A program made the translations under genes and the position numbers. Below the pieces are notes generated by a model. It worked only from the letters and a program-made list of their open reading frames with translations, did not search any database and was not told where the DNA came from. DNA of 64,000 nucleotides from an uncultured cyanobacterium. GTDB taxonomy: Bacteria > Cyanobacteriota > Cyanobacteriia > Cyanobacteriales > CAWCAG01. Location: contig CAWCAG010000007.1 of NCBI GenBank assembly GCA_963793425.1, forward strand, positions 32,001 to 96,000, in the 5' to 3' direction. Of this stretch, positions 9,296 to 17,804 are shown piece by piece. The stretch's first letter is position 1. The number at the start of each line of letters is the position of its first letter.

Positions 9296-9769
9296 CTATT
9301 TCACACGATTAACTTGTTCGCAGAGTACAGTAAAAGTTTCCTTACAAAGGTCTTTACTATCTGCGGCGAAGTCATTGACTTTATAGGTTTTAATCCAGAT
9401 ATTGACAAGATTCCAGCGCAAAACTTCGTTATCTTCACTGTCATAACCAACGATGGAACCATTTTTACGGTTTTCACGCCACTTACCGTCGCCACCTTCG
9501 CTCTTGGGCATGGTCGTCTTTAACCAGCTATACCAGTCCAAGTCACCTTCACAGAGGTAAGTTTCTATGGTGACATCAGGGTTTTCTTCAAATCCTGCTG
9601 AGGTGGTTTGCCACATGGTCTTACCATTTTTCGTGGAAGCTAAAGGTTTTTCATGACCTGCCGTTTGTCCAGTAAAAGTTACCTCTTGGACACTAGCAAC
9701 TAGCTTATCTGTCAGACCATCTACTTCCCAATAAAATCGACTAGTTGGGGTTGGTTTTAATTCTGTCAT
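9296..9769 (-). CDS. CIS tail tube protein (gp19-like, divergent paralog)
   Basis: SRFYWEVDG...RKNGSIVGYD...EVLRWNL.N.W...ETF..LCE...RVK; directly follows the sheath gene. Confidence 0.88.
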   Translation of the reverse strand: MTELKPTPTSRFYWEVDGLTDKLVASVQEVTFTGQTAGHEKPLASTKNGKTMWQTTSAGFEENPDVTIETYLCEGDLDWYSWLKTTMPKSEGGDGKWRENRKNGSIVGYDSEDNEVLRWNLVNIWIKTYKVNDFAADSKDLCKETFTVLCEQVNRVK

Positions 9770-9887
9770 TGTTTAACTCCTAATCTGCAACAAAATTAAC
9801 AATTTTCTTTTGCTTAGTTGGAACAGAAGAAGGGCGACTGTTATAAGTTTTTTTTAGGTCGCTCTTCTCTATTTTATACCCTAATAA

Positions 9888-11603
9888 TTACTGGTTGGGG
9901 GCCCACTGGCTAACCCGGAAAATGACAAATTCCGCAGGACGTACAGGGCAAACACCAACTTCTACATAAAGACGACCCATCATCATGGTTTCTGGGGTGT
10001 TGAGAGTGCCGTCACACTTGACATAAAAAGATTCGCTGGGGGAAGCACCAAATAACGCTCCTTCCCGCCACAAACGCTCTAGGAATGTACCAACGGTACG
10101 CTTCACCCGCTCCCAAAGATCCATATCATTAGGTTCAAAAACAACCCATTGAGTACCAATTTCAATGGATTTTTCAATGTAGCTAATCAAACGACGCACA
10201 CTAATGTAGCGCCACTGAATATTATCTGGCTCTACCAGAGTACGAGCGCCCCAAACTTTGTAACCTCGGTTGTAATTAGCAAAGTTACGAATACAGTTAA
10301 TTCCCATGGGGTTGAGGAGTTCCTGTTCCCGCATATTGGTTTCGTAAGATAAACCAATTACGCCTCTGGGGGTGTCATTAGCTGGAGCTTTAAAAATACC
10401 GCGGTTTTGGTCAGTGCGACACCAGATTCCCATCATATGACCGCAAGGAGGAATACTAATAGGTCTTCCTGCGTTGCGAGGGTTAGGAACTTTAATCCAA
10501 GGGTAGTAAAGAGCGCCGAACATAGAACGGCGGTTGAATGCTTTTAACCATTCAGCTACGTGTTGAGGTCTTTGCTCTTCCGGTTTGACGGCTTGGTTCT
10601 CATTTTTACCCATTTTGACAGGAGGGGGATCTAAAACAACCATGCGGTAAGGAGGTCCAGGGAAGGAGTTCTCGCAGAGACTAACCATCATCTCCATGAC
10701 CCCATGTACCTGATCCAAGTCCAGCAATTCGTCTTGGTAGGCACGCATCAAGTCAGGACAAGCAATCATAGCTACTTCGTCCACTTCAAACAAACCCTGC
10801 ATCCCTTGGCGTTCATCCCGGCTACCTGTAACATCCCTAGTTAAGCGTTCAGGAGGTGCAATGTAAGGTGGTGGGGCAACTTCATAGGTTCCGTTTCCAG
10901 GTCTGCGGGAGATAGCAGATTGTCCGGTGATGGAAATATCAGCAACGCTGACATATTCAGAAGCTTCCATAACCGCAACAGCATAATCTGCTACAGCAGT
11001 CTCTACTTCTGGGTTCATGGTGAGGTTATCGTAGCGTTCTAATTCCTCATTACCGCTTCTAATCACTACGTTAAAGAATTCCCCAGTATTGATCGGGGAT
11101 TCTGCGTCTTCTGGGGCATTTTCGGGTAGGGGTTTGGGTGTACTTTCTTCAACATAAACCCGGATGCGTCCATCAGCAGAAGGTAAGGCAGGTAAATTGT
11201 CTTCTCCTTCTGGCATTTTCAGGTTAAATGCTAAACAAGGTTTGCCCCCAGGAGTAAGCATTTTAGTAGCGGTTTCTTCTGGTGCTGGTGCTGGTGTGCC
11301 TGGTAATTTTGTACCAATACTAGTTACCCAACAACGCCCTCCCCCATTCAAAAACCAACCTTGAACAGCAAAAGGAAGATAAGCATCGAAATCTGTAAAA
11401 CCATCAGAACCTGGTTTTGCAAAATACTCCCTAAACTGATCGAAGTTAGTCACCATCATTGGCTTAAAAAGTTCTGCGTCGCCCCGGACATCTTCGGTAA
11501 AACCGATAAATCCTGCTACGCTCATACTCAACCCTTCAATCGGGCGACTGCCCCGGTCTACTTCTTCAACGTAGACCCCAGGAGCAAAATAATCCAATGC
11601 CAT
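9888..11603 (-). CDS. CIS contractile tail sheath protein
   Basis: YFAPGVYVEEV, ALYYPWI, PPCGH..G...RTD..RG.FKAPAN, LNP.GINCIR, VWGARTL, WRYISVRRL, WVVFEPND, PVRPAEFVIFR. Confidence 0.96.
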   Translation of the reverse strand: MALDYFAPGVYVEEVDRGSRPIEGLSMSVAGFIGFTEDVRGDAELFKPMMVTNFDQFREYFAKPGSDGFTDFDAYLPFAVQGWFLNGGGRCWVTSIGTKLPGTPAPAPEETATKMLTPGGKPCLAFNLKMPEGEDNLPALPSADGRIRVYVEESTPKPLPENAPEDAESPINTGEFFNVVIRSGNEELERYDNLTMNPEVETAVADYAVAVMEASEYVSVADISITGQSAISRRPGNGTYEVAPPPYIAPPERLTRDVTGSRDERQGMQGLFEVDEVAMIACPDLMRAYQDELLDLDQVHGVMEMMVSLCENSFPGPPYRMVVLDPPPVKMGKNENQAVKPEEQRPQHVAEWLKAFNRRSMFGALYYPWIKVPNPRNAGRPISIPPCGHMMGIWCRTDQNRGIFKAPANDTPRGVIGLSYETNMREQELLNPMGINCIRNFANYNRGYKVWGARTLVEPDNIQWRYISVRRLISYIEKSIEIGTQWVVFEPNDMDLWERVKRTVGTFLERLWREGALFGASPSESFYVKCDGTLNTPETMMMGRLYVEVGVCPVRPAEFVIFRVSQWAPNQ

Positions 11604-11701
11604 GATTCAGCAATCCTCCAGATGTAGAATATCTTTACCTTAAATTTATTAATCCCCCAAGTTTAGTAAACAGCCGCATTAGGGCAAATTTCTTAAACTT
11701 T

Positions 11702-12310
11702 TCAAGAATGTTTACCCAACTTAATCAATTTCTTTTGGGAAAAAGGAGATTTACTTACCAGTTTTGAGGTAGGGTTAGGCTGATAACTTAGGGGAACTGT
11801 AACTGTTACATAGAGAGCAGGACGCAAGGGAACTCCTAAAGCACTCCAAAAAGTAGCAGTGTCTTTTATTTCTTGGGCAGAAACTTTTAAGGGCAAGGAG
11901 CCACGACCCTGTAATCCAGGAGCTAGAAGTTCTTCTGGCAGAGAGCGATAATTCCCTAAGAGGCTTAGGGCTTCGCTAAGGAGATGTTGTTCACCTAGAG
12001 TAGTGCGATCCCAAGCTGTGATCAGGAAAGATAAATCAAACCAGATAAAAGAGCAATCTTGATCGGCATTTGACTCCTTTGCTTGCCCCGCATAATTTAC
12101 CTTAGTATTTTCTCTGATGTCATAGCAGTAAAGGTTTAACCTAGGGCTAAAATACTGTTCTAGGGCTGCTGGACGCTCAAAATCAATTTGTTCTGTCGTA
12201 ATTGAGGGGCTACCCTCAGCTAATATTTCTGCCAGAGTTTGAGTAACAGTATTAATCATAAGTAAAGCCATCTGATAAATTAGGCTATACGTAGCATTCA
12301 GTCTAAACAA
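11702..12310 (-). CDS. Pvc16/Afp16 (DUF4255) cap/terminator protein; true start may be downstream (MALLMINT / MINT)
   Basis: QIDFERP, PRLNLYCYDIREN, DLSFLITAW, EQHLLSEAL, FWSALGVPLRPALYVTVTVP. Confidence 0.88.
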   Translation of the reverse strand: MFRLNATYSLIYQMALLMINTVTQTLAEILAEGSPSITTEQIDFERPAALEQYFSPRLNLYCYDIRENTKVNYAGQAKESNADQDCSFIWFDLSFLITAWDRTTLGEQHLLSEALSLLGNYRSLPEELLAPGLQGRGSLPLKVSAQEIKDTATFWSALGVPLRPALYVTVTVPLSYQPNPTSKLVSKSPFSQKKLIKLGKHS

Positions 12311-12448
12311 GGGATTTGGTCATAACCATTAGACTTTGGTCTAAAGCTGAGCCTGGGGGAGTAGGGGCAAGTATTAATTTTTTCTAACTCTTGGGAGATG
12401 TTATTCCTATATTGAGTTAAATTAAAGAACAAAAAGCGATAAAGCATA

Positions 12449-13603
12449 ATGCAATTATCAGCTCTTCCTTTGCCAGAAAAAAGCCCATTGCTAGATAGTA
12501 ATGTTGTTGCAACCTTCCCTGAAAGCTTGAATAGTTTCTGCCAAGGGCAACTAGAACTAATGGTCAACCAACTGCCTTCCCAGGCGGCTTGGATCATTGG
12601 GCGTTCTCAAAGTGCAACTCAAAAACATTATTTAGCTTATTGGTGCAAAGAAACAGCCAGCTTAAACGAACAAAATCTTATTTATTTAGAATCAGAGGCT
12701 TGGTTAAAACAACTTGAATTTCTTTGGCAAGATCAGTTGAGAATTAGTCCTAGCTTGGAAATATGTGACCTTGTTTATCTATTCCCTTTGCTGGATGAAC
12801 AAAACTCTTCTGCTTCTGATCAACCTCAGTTAGATGAATACCTATTAATCTGGGCTGAACAACCTCTATCATTAGATCAACAAGAGAAAATCCAGCAACA
12901 GGCAGCATTCATTGCTGATTATTTGTCTCTATCTCGCCAGTGCCATAGACAACAAGAACAACTCAAACTCTATCAGCAAATCTTGCAACAAGGAGAACAT
13001 CAGTTAAGAAATCCCCTTGCTATGATTGGTTTATATGCTGAGAACCTTTATTTAAGATTGCCAGAGGGGGCGTTGCGTCAGCAAGCTAAGGTAGTGAGGG
13101 AAACAGTCAAAGACCTTAGCGCCAACCTCAAAAATCTTTTGCATTGTTCTCAACAAAACCAACTTCAATTATCTCATGCAAATTTTCAGGTTATTCTAGC
13201 TGAGACTATTCAGATTTTGGAACCTCAATTAGAAGCCAAAGGAATTACCCTTAACATTCCTCAAAACGCTTTAACTTTGACCGTAGATAGTTGGAAAATC
13301 AAACAAGTTTTTGCCAACATCCTCAGCAATGCCGTAGATTTTAGCCCAGTAGGGGGAATGATAACCGTGAACTGGCAGCTATTTGGCAAAGAGTTATTAG
13401 TAGAAATTGTTGATCAAGGGCCAGGACTTACTCCAGAAGTCCTCAAACACGTATTCACACCTTTTTATTCTCAAAAAGAAGGAGGAACAGGTTTAGGATT
13501 AGCCATTGCCAAAAAAAATATTCTCGCTCATCAAGGTAGCATCTGGGTAGAAAACTTACCCAATGGTGGGGCGCAATTTTCTTTTACCCTGCCCCGTTTG
13601 TAA
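12449..13603 (+). CDS. Sensor histidine kinase with no obvious transmembrane segment
   Basis: H-box HQLRNPL, N-box QVFANILSNA, DQGPG, FTPFYS, GGTGLGLAI. Confidence 0.92.
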   Translation: MQLSALPLPEKSPLLDSNVVATFPESLNSFCQGQLELMVNQLPSQAAWIIGRSQSATQKHYLAYWCKETASLNEQNLIYLESEAWLKQLEFLWQDQLRISPSLEICDLVYLFPLLDEQNSSASDQPQLDEYLLIWAEQPLSLDQQEKIQQQAAFIADYLSLSRQCHRQQEQLKLYQQILQQGEHQLRNPLAMIGLYAENLYLRLPEGALRQQAKVVRETVKDLSANLKNLLHCSQQNQLQLSHANFQVILAETIQILEPQLEAKGITLNIPQNALTLTVDSWKIKQVFANILSNAVDFSPVGGMITVNWQLFGKELLVEIVDQGPGLTPEVLKHVFTPFYSQKEGGTGLGLAIAKKNILAHQGSIWVENLPNGGAQFSFTLPRL

Positions 13604-13697
13604 AAAAAATCAGGAAAAGTTAAGTGAAAGTTTGAAGTTAAAAAGACGAAAAATTTTTCTTGATAACTTCTTCGCAAAAAAGTTTTAGGGGTAATTT

Positions 13698-14393
13698 ATG
13701 ATAACTACAGCAACCCAGTCAATCTCAATTTTATTAGTAGACGACCAGCCTCTATTTCGCCAGGGGCTGCGTACCTTATTGAACTTTTATGGCGAAAGTG
13801 GTTCTTTACAATTTAATATCATTGGTGAAGCGGCAACTGTAGAGCAAGCTGTTAAACTGACAATTCAACAGAATCCTGCCTTAATTTTGTTGGATTTAGA
13901 ATTAGCTCAAGGTAGCGGTATTCAGGCCCTCCTCCGTTTAAGGGAGTTATCCTATAAAGGAAGAGTATTGGTTCTTTCTGCCCATCAGGAAGACGAATGG
14001 GTCTTCAAGGCCATGCAAGCAGGGGCCAAAGGCTATGTGTTTAAAGATCACCTAGCTAGCCAGCTTTGCGAAGCCATTTCTACAGTCATGCGCGATGAAG
14101 TCTATTTAGCCCCAGAGGTGGCCACCAGCTTTTTTAGGATGTTTCACTTCTATGCAGGCAATTCTTTTAAAACAGCTTCTAACCTCAATTTAACGGAAAG
14201 AGAACAAGAAGTCTTACACTGGTTAGTGCAGGGTTCTTCTAATGATCAAATTGCTCGTAATTTGCACGTCACCGTAGCCACAGTTAAAGCTCATTTAACT
14301 TCTATTTTTGATAAGTTAAGTGTCAGAAGCCGAACCCAAGCAATCATTAAAGCTTTAAAACTGGGGCTAGTAGGGGCAACCATCGTACCCTAG
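13698..14393 (+). CDS. NarL/LuxR-family response regulator
   Basis: LLVDDQPLFRQGL, LILLDL, GAKGYVFK; LTEREQEVL...ATVKAHLTSIFDKL.V.SRTQA HTH. Confidence 0.94.
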   Translation: MITTATQSISILLVDDQPLFRQGLRTLLNFYGESGSLQFNIIGEAATVEQAVKLTIQQNPALILLDLELAQGSGIQALLRLRELSYKGRVLVLSAHQEDEWVFKAMQAGAKGYVFKDHLASQLCEAISTVMRDEVYLAPEVATSFFRMFHFYAGNSFKTASNLNLTEREQEVLHWLVQGSSNDQIARNLHVTVATVKAHLTSIFDKLSVRSRTQAIIKALKLGLVGATIVP

Positions 14394-14440
14394 CAGCCCT
14401 ATTCTACATTTTGAGGAAGTGATGAAGAGAATAAAACTAT

Positions 14441-14480
14441 TCCCCATTCCCCACTCCCTACTCCCTACTCCCCACTCCCT
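14441..14480. repeat. Degenerate heptamer tandem repeat (CTCCCTA/CTCCCCA)
   Basis: Read directly; reverse complement of the TAGGGAG unit at 8026-8050. Confidence 0.75.
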
Positions 14481-14486
14481 TCTGAA

Positions 14487-15785
14487 ATGAGTAATTATCT
14501 AGCAATTGCCACCGTAACGGCTGTTCTACAAAGAACTTTAATTAAGGCAATAGAGGCAGATATAGAGGGCGTAAGAGTAACCACCAGCCGCCCTGATAAC
14601 CCTGGTGGTGGCATACCAGAAACCAGAGTTAATCTTTATCTTTATCAAGCTGAACTTAATGAAGTGTGGCGCAATAGTGCCAACATGAGAGCAAATCGTA
14701 ATCGTCAAACAGAGTCTGCGAAGCAAAATCGTACTGCTTTTGATCTTCACTATATGATTAGTTTTTATGGTAATGATGCAGAATTAAAGCCTCAACGCCT
14801 GATGGGGAGTGCAATACAAGCTCTGACAGACAAACCGATTATTACTACAGAGATGATTCGAGGAGCAACTAGTGACTCGACCTTTGCTTACTTAGCAGAT
14901 AATACTCTGGTTCAACAAGTAGAACAAATTAAATTCATTCCCTTAGATTTATCTGTAGAAGATTTATCAAAAATCTGGTCAATCTTTTTTCAAACTCCCT
15001 ATACTTTATCCATTGCCTATCGTGTCACAGCCGTAGTTATTGAAGGACATAAACCGGCCCAGAAAGCTTTGCCAGTTACAGAAAGAAGCACCGGGGGTAT
15101 AGCACCTTTTCCTAACCAGCCAATTATTGAAAGTATAGAATCAGAAGGCGGTAGATTTGAACCAATTTTGGCCAGTAGTGCCTTAGTAATTAAAGGACAA
15201 AATTTACAAGGTCAAATTACTCAGATTTTAGTGGGGGATTTTGAAGCGACACCAACAGAGGTAAATGATGCTGAAGTAAAATTTGACCTTGGTTTGTTAC
15301 CTAGTCCAGCTTTTAAAGCCGGGGTACAAAGTTTGCAAATAATTCATCGCTTTAACCCCGGTGAAGTTCCCCAAATTATTACGCCTCAAACTAAATCTAT
15401 GACTGTTGTCGAGTCTAATGTTATGCCTTTTGTGGTACGTCCTATCATCAAAGAAATTAAGGTAGAAAATTTACGAGGGCGTCATGATGAACTCCGTTCT
15501 GGAGATTTAGTTATTCAAACTGATGTCACTGTGGGTAAGGAGCAGCGCATACTTCTATCCTTGAATGAATGGTCAACTGATGATCCGGCAACTTATATGT
15601 TTAAAAGTCCTCACTCTCGTTCTGAGGATACTCAAACTATTACCGTACCTATTAACCAAGTTCAAGCCGGACAATATTTAGTTCGCCTTCATATTGATGG
15701 GGCAGAAAGTCCTCTCAAAAAAGATACCGACCCTGATAGTGATACTTTTGATTTATATGTTGCCCCTCAAGTTTTAATTAGTTAA
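14487..15785 (+). CDS. Second Pvc16/DUF4255 protein with C-terminal Ig-like (IPT/TIG-like) domains
   Basis: MSNYLAIATVTAVL, RVNLYLYQ, DLHYMIS, EDLSKIWS.F.QTPY.LS.AY; beta-rich C-terminal half (LVIKGQNL, GQYLVRLHIDGAES). Confidence 0.88.
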   Translation: MSNYLAIATVTAVLQRTLIKAIEADIEGVRVTTSRPDNPGGGIPETRVNLYLYQAELNEVWRNSANMRANRNRQTESAKQNRTAFDLHYMISFYGNDAELKPQRLMGSAIQALTDKPIITTEMIRGATSDSTFAYLADNTLVQQVEQIKFIPLDLSVEDLSKIWSIFFQTPYTLSIAYRVTAVVIEGHKPAQKALPVTERSTGGIAPFPNQPIIESIESEGGRFEPILASSALVIKGQNLQGQITQILVGDFEATPTEVNDAEVKFDLGLLPSPAFKAGVQSLQIIHRFNPGEVPQIITPQTKSMTVVESNVMPFVVRPIIKEIKVENLRGRHDELRSGDLVIQTDVTVGKEQRILLSLNEWSTDDPATYMFKSPHSRSEDTQTITVPINQVQAGQYLVRLHIDGAESPLKKDTDPDSDTFDLYVAPQVLIS

Positions 15786-15787
15786 CC

Positions 15788-16033
15788 TTGAGAATAATTA
15801 GTAAGCTTATGTACCGTATTAGAATTTCTGGTTTAGGTTTTATTCATAAACAATGGCAAGATGAAGAACCAAGATTTTGTAGCACTAAAACTAAAGCAAA
15901 AACTTGGAAAAGTCTGAAGGGAGCAATGGATTTTGGTAACAAAAAGCTTACTCCTAAAGTTAAAATTGGTTGGGAGTTATGGCAAGAAGCAGATGATGGA
16001 TTAACTCCTGTGTTTCGCCCTCGACCTAGATGA
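15788..16033 (+). CDS. Small basic hypothetical protein (ATG at 15809 possible)
   Basis: ORF starts 2 nt after the pvc16 stop; K/W-rich. Confidence 0.6.
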   Translation: MRIISKLMYRIRISGLGFIHKQWQDEEPRFCSTKTKAKTWKSLKGAMDFGNKKLTPKVKIGWELWQEADDGLTPVFRPRPR

Positions 16034-16070
16034 TGGAGAGCTAGAGAACTAGGGGAGTAATAAGTGATAA

Positions 16071-16337
16071 ATGTTAAATGATGAGGTGAGGAAAATGGAA
16101 GATCAAGATGTAAATGAAGAACAAGATGAACAAGAAAAGGAAGAGGAAGTTCTTAGTTTAAATAAGTTAACTGAATTAGGTAATCAAGCTATTAGCGATC
16201 GCCTAATTTTTGGTCATGGCTATCGGGGCGGTAAATATGAAATTCTTCGCCAGGGGGAAGTTTTGTTAATGACTCCTCAAGAAGCTGAAAGTTATTTGCA
16301 GGAGTTAATTGATGGAAGATCCCAGAAAAGCACCTAA
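16071..16337 (+). CDS. Small acidic hypothetical protein
   Basis: ORF with E/D-rich N-terminus; SD-like GAGG before the internal ATG. Confidence 0.65.
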   Translation: MLNDEVRKMEDQDVNEEQDEQEKEEEVLSLNKLTELGNQAISDRLIFGHGYRGGKYEILRQGEVLLMTPQEAESYLQELIDGRSQKST

Positions 16338-16360
16338 ATTATCTTGATGGTGAGAGAATT

Positions 16361-17689
16361 TTAAGCCAACTGTTTAGGTAAAGAGGTATTGCTTTGATTT
16401 GTGGCCCTAACCCTTTCAGAATTCTTCGCGTAAACCCTTTCTACTACCTCTGCTAAACGTTTCATTGCTGTAGCAATTTCTTCAGGAGTGGCAGTTAAGC
16501 TAATGCGAATACATTGTTGTTTGTGTGACCATTGTTCGTGCAAACCAGGGAAGAAAGGACTGCCGGGAACAACAATGACTCCTACTTCTTTTAATTCTTG
16601 ATAAAGTTCCCAATCTGTTAATGGTAAATCCTCTAACCACAGCCAAGCAAAAATAGCCCCTTCGCCACGGTGCAAAAACCACGGTAAGTCTTGGGGAAGG
16701 GCCGCATCTAAGGTGTTTTCTAAGATGGCTAATTTGTTTTGGTAATGGGGACGAATTACTGATGTAGCAATTTCTGCTAAAGCGCCACTAGCGATCGCCT
16801 TAGTAGCGATCGCCTGTCCGTAGCGAGAAGAATGGAGGCAGAGGTTGGTTTGGAAACATTCTAAAACTTGAATTAATTGCGGATCACCAATGGCTACCCC
16901 TACCCTTTCCCCTGGTAATCCGGCTTTGGAGAGGCTAAGGCAATGGATGATGTTGCTGCCAAATTGGGGTGTCATAGCCGTAAAGTTTAGGGCTGGGTAG
17001 GGGATTGCGTAGGCAGAGTCGATTAAAACTGGTACGTCATGGGGAGCAGCTAAGTCAGTGATTTTCTGCACTTCTGCGTCGCTGAGGACGTTGCCTGTGG
17101 GGTTGCAAGGACGGGAAAAGATTACGCAGCCTGTGGTTTCATCAATGACAAGTCGGCTAAAATCTGGGCGGTATTTGAAGCGATGTTCTTGGTCGTTAAT
17201 TTCTAAGTTGGGTTTGTAGGCAATAATTGTGTCTGGGGTTAAGCTAACTCCCCCATATCCGGTGTAATCAGGGCTTAGGGGTAGAACAACTCGTTTTAAT
17301 TTTCCGGCGGGAGTGTAGCCAGCTAAGGCATTAGCTGCGTAAAAGTAAATAGATTGGGAACCAGGGGTGATGAGAATGTTTCTGTCGGTGAGGTTCAACC
17401 CATAACGTTGGTTAAAATCATTAGCGATCGCCTCAATTAAAGGAGTATATCCTTGAGAAGAGCCATAACGCCCCACTACTTCACCATATTCAGGGCTGGC
17501 TAGCAATTGTGCGTTACAATCTCGCCACAATTGTTCTACTTCTGGCAAAATTACCGGGTTGCCAGCACTAAGATTGATAAAATCCCTCCCTTGACCTGCT
17601 CGCAAGGTTTCGATAATATCTTTCATAATTGCCCGAACCCCTGTGAGAGTGGACATTTGCTTACCAATTTTTGATAGGTGAGGATTCAT
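16361..17689 (-). CDS. avtA: Valine--pyruvate aminotransferase
   Basis: LSAGNP, GSQSIYF, P.SPDYTGY, FKYRPDF, SRPCNPTGNV, DSAY..PYP, SLSKAGLPGERVG, GAIFAWLW. Confidence 0.92.
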   Translation of the reverse strand: MNPHLSKIGKQMSTLTGVRAIMKDIIETLRAGQGRDFINLSAGNPVILPEVEQLWRDCNAQLLASPEYGEVVGRYGSSQGYTPLIEAIANDFNQRYGLNLTDRNILITPGSQSIYFYAANALAGYTPAGKLKRVVLPLSPDYTGYGGVSLTPDTIIAYKPNLEINDQEHRFKYRPDFSRLVIDETTGCVIFSRPCNPTGNVLSDAEVQKITDLAAPHDVPVLIDSAYAIPYPALNFTAMTPQFGSNIIHCLSLSKAGLPGERVGVAIGDPQLIQVLECFQTNLCLHSSRYGQAIATKAIASGALAEIATSVIRPHYQNKLAILENTLDAALPQDLPWFLHRGEGAIFAWLWLEDLPLTDWELYQELKEVGVIVVPGSPFFPGLHEQWSHKQQCIRISLTATPEEIATAMKRLAEVVERVYAKNSERVRATNQSNTSLPKQLA

Positions 17690-17804
17690 GATGCTTGTTG
17701 AGGTTGATGGGGAGATTTTTTTTACTATTTAGTTATCTTACTTGCTCTAGTGTTCCCCTTTCCCTACCCCAACAAATAACCTATGGAACTAAACCGATTT
17801 GGTA

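Noticed and set aside
9301..12597. Short overlapping or antisense ORFs (9301..9495, 9314..9523, 10149..10352, 11164..11364, 11361..11627, 12298..12597)
   Set aside because: Shadow frames of well-supported genes with no motifs
7216..15785. Prophage or T6SS interpretation of the tail genes
   Set aside because: No capsid, portal, terminase or integrase, and no TssJLM/ClpV; a one-piece sheath, gp19 tubes and Pvc16 proteins indicate an eCIS
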